From positions 704,001-768,000 of the forward strand of contig OZ252244.1 in the NCBI GenBank assembly GCA_965249575.1: 64,000 nucleotides of DNA. Reading direction: 5' to 3'. Shown here piece by piece: positions 59,743 to 64,000 of this stretch. The notes beneath the pieces were generated by a model. That model was not told the DNA's origin. It ran no database searches and was given only the letters and a program-made list of their open reading frames with translations. Source of the DNA: Gemmatimonadales bacterium. GTDB lineage: Bacteria > Gemmatimonadota > Gemmatimonadetes > Gemmatimonadales > GWC2-71-9. The first letter of the stretch is position 1. Every line of letters starts with the position of its first letter. The position numbers and the translations under genes are program-made.

Positions 59743-61026
59743 CTAACGGACACCTATGATCTGGTCTCTCCTGGTCCCTACGCTCACATACCCAATGGGC
59801 ACCCGAAGCAGATCCTCGATGCGGTCGAGGTAGGCGCGGGCCTGGGGCGGTAGGTCGGCCAATTTTCTGGCGCCGCTCGTCGGCTTGCACCACCCTTCGA
59901 GAACCTCGTAGACCGGTTCGACCCCCACCAGCGCGTGGGTGGCTGCGGGAAGGTCTTGCACCATCCCATCGTCGGTTCGGTACGCGGTGCACAACGGGAT
60001 GCGCGGAATTGTGTCGAGGACATCGAGCTTAGTGACTGCAAGATCGGTCAACCCGTTGATCCGCACCGCGTATCGCGCCACCACCGCGTCAAACCAGCCG
60101 CATCGCCTGGGTCGTCCAGTCGTGGCGCCGTACTCCTCTCCGAGGATACGGAGCTGCTCGCCCTCACGCCCGCCTCCTTCCGTTGGCAGGGGACCGTTCC
60201 CGACTCGGGTCGTGTACGCCTTCACGACGCCCAAGATTGCATCGATGGCCGTGGGTCCGATGCCCGCGCCGACCGAGGCTCCGCCGGCGGTGGTATTGGA
60301 GGAGGTCACGAACGGATAGGTCCCGTGGTCAACATCGAGGAGCGCCCCCTGGGCCCCTTCGAGCAGCACGCGGCGCCCGTCCCGCAACGCGTCATACGTC
60401 AGGCGCCCGATATCCGTCGTCATGGGCAAAAGTCGTGGGGCCACTCGCTCAAAGAGCACCACATGCTGCTCGACGGTGGCTCGCTCGGATGAGTCGAGCA
60501 TCGCTAGGACACGATTGGCCCGATCAACCGCGTCGGTTACGGCAGCCTGCGCGCGCTCGAGATCGGAGAGGTCGCTCAAACGAATACCGCGACGGCCGTA
60601 CTTGTCCTCATAGGCGGGCCCGATACCGCGGCCGGTCGTGCCGATCTTTTGCACTTCCTCGTAAGCCCGGTCGATGAGCTTGTGGTATGGGAGTACCAGG
60701 TGCGCTCTGTCAGAGAGAAACAGGCGCCCGTCGGTGCGCACCCCGCGGCTGGCCAGCTCGTCGATCTCACTGATCAACGTCTCGGGGTCCAGCACGACGC
60801 CGTTACCGATCAGGCAACTCGTGCGCTCGTGTAAAATCCCGGACGGGATCTGATGGAGGATGAACTCGTCGTCCCCTTTAACGACGGTGTGGCCGGCATT
60901 CGCGCCCCCCTGATATCGCACGACAAGATCGGCGCGTTCGGAGAGCACATCGACGATCTTACCCTTGCCCTCATCCCCCCACTGCGCGCCTGCGACGACT
61001 ACACAGTGGTTCTTGGGCCCAAACAT
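59743..61026 (-). CDS. purA: Adenylosuccinate synthase
   Basis: QWGDEGKGK, GGANAGHT, EGAQG..LD.DHGTYPFVTSS, TTGRPRRCGWFD. Confidence 0.98.
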   Translation of the reverse strand: MFGPKNHCVVVAGAQWGDEGKGKIVDVLSERADLVVRYQGGANAGHTVVKGDDEFILHQIPSGILHERTSCLIGNGVVLDPETLISEIDELASRGVRTDGRLFLSDRAHLVLPYHKLIDRAYEEVQKIGTTGRGIGPAYEDKYGRRGIRLSDLSDLERAQAAVTDAVDRANRVLAMLDSSERATVEQHVVLFERVAPRLLPMTTDIGRLTYDALRDGRRVLLEGAQGALLDVDHGTYPFVTSSNTTAGGASVGAGIGPTAIDAILGVVKAYTTRVGNGPLPTEGGGREGEQLRILGEEYGATTGRPRRCGWFDAVVARYAVRINGLTDLAVTKLDVLDTIPRIPLCTAYRTDDGMVQDLPAATHALVGVEPVYEVLEGWCKPTSGARKLADLPPQARAYLDRIEDLLRVPIGYVSVGTRRDQIIGVR

Positions 61027-61057
61027 GGCACCAGTCTTCCTCCACCTGAGCGGGCAA

Positions 61058-61091
61058 GAGGATGCCTCGGCGGGTCCGCCGAGGCATCCTC
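61058..61091. repeat. Perfect 16-bp inverted repeat upstream of purA
   Basis: gaggatgcctcggcgg-gt-ccgccgaggcatcctc. Confidence 0.85.
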
Positions 61092-61121
61092 AAACAAACC
61101 TATCGTCGATCGGTAAACCGG

Positions 61122-61937
61122 TCAACCAATCGCTGCCCGCGTATCGGCGATACGCGGCGAGCTCCCCAGCTCAGCCCCCTCGGCCGGAGGAATCGAATGT
61201 TCGGCGAGCGGCAGGAGAAAATCGGGCGTGCGACGGAGACGTGGCCGGCCGGTCTCGGCTTCCCACAGTTTCTCGAGAAAGCGCATGTGCTCGTCCATGA
61301 CTGCATCGACCGCGTCCGGATCGCCCTGCATGACGGCCTGCAGAGTGCGCTCGTGAATAGAGACCACCCACGCGGGCTCATGGGTACCTCGCAGGGTCAT
61401 CCCACGAGCAAGCTCGAGTTGGCGAAAGAGAGATCGCATGAGCGAGACGATTGTGCTGTTGCGCGTCGCCCGCGCGAGCCGCAGATGAAACTGCAGGTCC
61501 AGCTGAAGGACACGGTCGCGATCGTCGGGGCATTCGCGCTGACGGTCGATCGTTCGCCTCATCGCGTCAAAGTCCTCCTCGGTGCCGTGGAGGGCCGCAA
61601 GGAGGGCCACACGCGGCTCGAAGAGGCGCCGCGCCTCCAACACTTCCGAGACGTCACTCAGGCGGAGTCTCGAAGTCTCTTCCAACAGCTGGCCTGGGAC
61701 GACTTCGGATCGGACGAACATACCGCCCGCCGGACCGGGGCGGACGGTGAGCACTCCGCAGTCGGAAAGCAGCTTGACCGCCTCCCGGAGCGTCGGACGG
61801 CTGATTGCCATTTGAGCCGCTAGTGCCCGTTCCGAAGGTAGGCGATCACCGACCAGGAGGTCGCCCGCCCGAATGACGTCAGTAATCTGTTCTACCGCCC
61901 CTTCGAATGCCCTGCGAGTCCTGACAGGTGTGAACAC
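61122..61937 (-). CDS. GntR/FadR family transcriptional regulator
   Basis: GDRLPSERALA..ISRPTLREA wHTH; EAR..E, D..FH..LA....N FCD domain; GGAGG RBS before GTG. Confidence 0.9.
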   Translation of the reverse strand: MFTPVRTRRAFEGAVEQITDVIRAGDLLVGDRLPSERALAAQMAISRPTLREAVKLLSDCGVLTVRPGPAGGMFVRSEVVPGQLLEETSRLRLSDVSEVLEARRLFEPRVALLAALHGTEEDFDAMRRTIDRQRECPDDRDRVLQLDLQFHLRLARATRNSTIVSLMRSLFRQLELARGMTLRGTHEPAWVVSIHERTLQAVMQGDPDAVDAVMDEHMRFLEKLWEAETGRPRLRRTPDFLLPLAEHSIPPAEGAELGSSPRIADTRAAIG

Positions 61938-62255
61938 ATAGACCTCCCGCGTGACGGACTGTCCTCGGCGAACGCTGACGGGCCCTGCTCGGTCCCGCCC
62001 GCTAGGCGCCCACGTGCGCCCCTGAACTTGAAAACGCACGAGACCCACCTCTTGTTGCCGGACCAAGAGCGGTCATACCCCGTCGTGGGGGCAACGGGGT
62101 CCGGATCAAGACATTGCGGAAAGGGAAGATCGACCACAGGCAGTGCGCTGCGGCAGTACAATGACCTAGAAAGTACAGGGTGCGGGGGTTCGTGAAGCTC
62201 TCAGAGGAAGGACCGCTGGATCCGCACGGAGGTCCCATGGCCGTCGACAGTTGGA

Positions 62256-63149
62256 TTAGGCCGGCACCAGTCCCGCCGCACGGATACTAGTGGCCACGCG
62301 GTTCTTCTCGTCTGGCGGCAGATCGGTGAGGGGGCTCCGCACCGGCCCACCGACAAGCCCAACCGCATCCATTGCGGCCTTCACACCGGCGACCCCAAGG
62401 GCCCCTACGATGGCCTTGCCGAGGGGACCGATGACTTCTTGGGCCGCGCCGGCTGCACCCTTGTCACCCTCCGTGAAGTGCGCCCCAACACTCACGCACT
62501 CTGCAGCGGCGTAGCATGCAACGGCGAGAATCCCGCCGGAGGCCCCCATTTCCAGCGCGGCATAGTAATGGCTGGCACTCCCCACCAGGAGCGCCCACGA
62601 GGGCGCCGCTTCCCGGTAGGTCGCGAAGTTCTTGAGATCGCCCGATGAGTCCTTGGCTCCAACGATATTCGGGTGTTCGGTCAGTGCGGCGATCATCGAA
62701 TCGCTGATCGCGAGGTGCGTGTACTTCGGAATGTTATAGACCAGAACGGGGATGGGTGACTGGTCGGCGACCCGCCGGAAGTGATCGACGACGGCATTCG
62801 GCGTCATGGCCGGACCGTAGTATGACGGCGTCCGGACCAGGGCGAAATCGGCGCCCCCATCTGCCGCGTCCCGGCAAGCCGCCACCGCCGCGCGGGTCGA
62901 TTCCCGACCGGTCCCAGCCACCAAGCAGCGGTCCGGCGGTACCACATCCCGCAGCCACTCGACCAGTTGCCGTGTCTCCGCCTCGCTAAGCAGGGGAGCC
63001 TCTCCGGTGGAGCCGGCGACGACGATCCCCGACACCCCGGCATCCAGCAGTGCACGCGCGTTGGAGCGAAGAGGAACCGGTGCCACGTCCCCCGTCGCAT
63101 CGTCGAACGGCGTGGTGATGGGAACCAAGAGCCCCGTAGGTCCGGTCAT
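62256..63149 (-). CDS. Dihydrodipicolinate synthase (DapA-like) family aldolase
   Basis: TTPF, GSTGE, YNIP, KDSSGD, VRSPL. Confidence 0.88.
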   Translation of the reverse strand: MTGPTGLLVPITTPFDDATGDVAPVPLRSNARALLDAGVSGIVVAGSTGEAPLLSEAETRQLVEWLRDVVPPDRCLVAGTGRESTRAAVAACRDAADGGADFALVRTPSYYGPAMTPNAVVDHFRRVADQSPIPVLVYNIPKYTHLAISDSMIAALTEHPNIVGAKDSSGDLKNFATYREAAPSWALLVGSASHYYAALEMGASGGILAVACYAAAECVSVGAHFTEGDKGAAGAAQEVIGPLGKAIVGALGVAGVKAAMDAVGLVGGPVRSPLTDLPPDEKNRVATSIRAAGLVPA

Positions 63150-64000
63150 CAAGACGCTACCTCGTTCAGATCGCCAACCTCTCCGGCCGAATCGGAAGTT
63201 CCCCCATCATTCGGCTTTGGACTGCTGCCATCCGCTTTCGAACGCTCCAAGCCGTCCATGGCCCGCTCGAACAGCTCTTGATCTCCCACCGCCGCCAACG
63301 CAGCCTCCTTCGCGATGCTCCCGCTATGAGTAAGCAGCGCAAGATGCTGTTCGAAAACCTGCATGCCATGTTCGGCTCCCTGCTCCGCGACATAGTCATG
63401 AAGCTCCCCGACCCGATTTCGATCACGCAGTAGGTTTCGCACCGGCGGCGTTCCGACCATGACTTCCAGCGCGGCGCACCACCCCCCGTTGCCGACGCGG
63501 GGGAGCAACTGCTGAGCTAGAACCGCGTGGAGAGAGTCCGCCAGCCGAAGACGGGCTACCTCGCGTTCGTCGGCCGGGAACATGGCCACCATCCGCGCGA
63601 CCGTCGACATCAGATCCGGCGTGTGTAGAGCGGTCACAACCAATCGCCCCGTCTCCACCGCTTTGATGGCCGCGTCGATGGCGGCAGGATCGGGAAGCTC
63701 ACCAACCAAGATCACGTCAGGATCCTGCCGCAGGGCGGCGAGGAGGCCGACAGCGAATCCATCGGTGTCGACCCCCACCTCTCGTTGTGTTACCGATCCA
63801 AGCAGGTCGCGGTGCAAGAACTCGATCGGATTCTCGAGCGTGACGATATGCCGCTCGCTCGTTGCGTTGATGTGGTTGATGATGGCGGCCAGCGTGGAGC
63901 TCTTGCCACTACCAGCACGTCCCGAAATGACGACGAGGCCTCTCTGGGCCTGTGCAATCGTGGTCACGACGTCAGGAAGCCCGAGCTTCTCAACCGTCGG
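63149..64000 (-). CDS. pilT: PilT/PilU type IV pilus ATPase, 5' partial, divergent motifs
   Basis: GSGKSST, PIEF, QREVG.DT, ALRQDPDVILVGE, LHT, GMQ. Confidence 0.85.
   Translation of the reverse strand, partial: PTVEKLGLPDVVTTIAQAQRGLVVISGRAGSGKSSTLAAIINHINATSERHIVTLENPIEFLHRDLLGSVTQREVGVDTDGFAVGLLAALRQDPDVILVGELPDPAAIDAAIKAVETGRLVVTALHTPDLMSTVARMVAMFPADEREVARLRLADSLHAVLAQQLLPRVGNGGWCAALEVMVGTPPVRNLLRDRNRVGELHDYVAEQGAEHGMQVFEQHLALLTHSGSIAKEAALAAVGDQELFERAMDGLERSKADGSSPKPNDGGTSDSAGEVGDLNEVAS

Noticed and set aside
62071..62079. GGTCATACC as a FadR-type operator upstream of the GntR gene
   Set aside because: Single short imperfect match; plausible but not distinguishable from chance
1..64000. 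CRISPR arrays, tRNA/rRNA genes, transposases, integrases
   Set aside because: No regularly spaced repeats, cloverleaf motifs or mobile-element proteins seen by eye

Overview
GC-rich bacterial chromosomal segment, most consistent with a Gemmatimonadota genome (inference from gene content: MglA/MglB beside recR, alpha2-type GlyRS, class II NrdJ, BshB1, Zn-ribbon Ser/Thr kinases). About 58 coding loci, mostly housekeeping (iscS-mnmA, grpE-dnaJ, dnaX-ybaB-recR, pyk, ispG, nrdJ, anmK-murQ, priA, glyQS, purA), plus an SRP RNA. No tRNA, rRNA, CRISPR array, transposase or prophage was seen. Best candidates for undescribed biology: (1) a four-gene FHA / Ser-Thr kinase / PP2C / FHA-membrane-trypsin operon lying among peptidoglycan-recycling genes, next to a kinase-PEGA-TonB_C-like fusion and a gluzincin-propeller-Omp85 protein; (2) a translationally coupled small protein plus ubiquitin-like protein inside a peptidase/deacetylase/methyltransferase run; (3) an intergenic cluster of DnaA-box-like 9-mers with an IHF-like site and no dnaA nearby; (4) an SRP RNA with a non-canonical apical loop. 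Five envelope/accessory genes carry structural lesions (DUF2911, trkH, Omp85-type gene, ggt, wzc) while the core genes read through intact, suggesting selective gene decay; assembly error cannot be excluded without reads. All family calls come from reading motifs by eye. No searches were run, and refined start codons are estimates.
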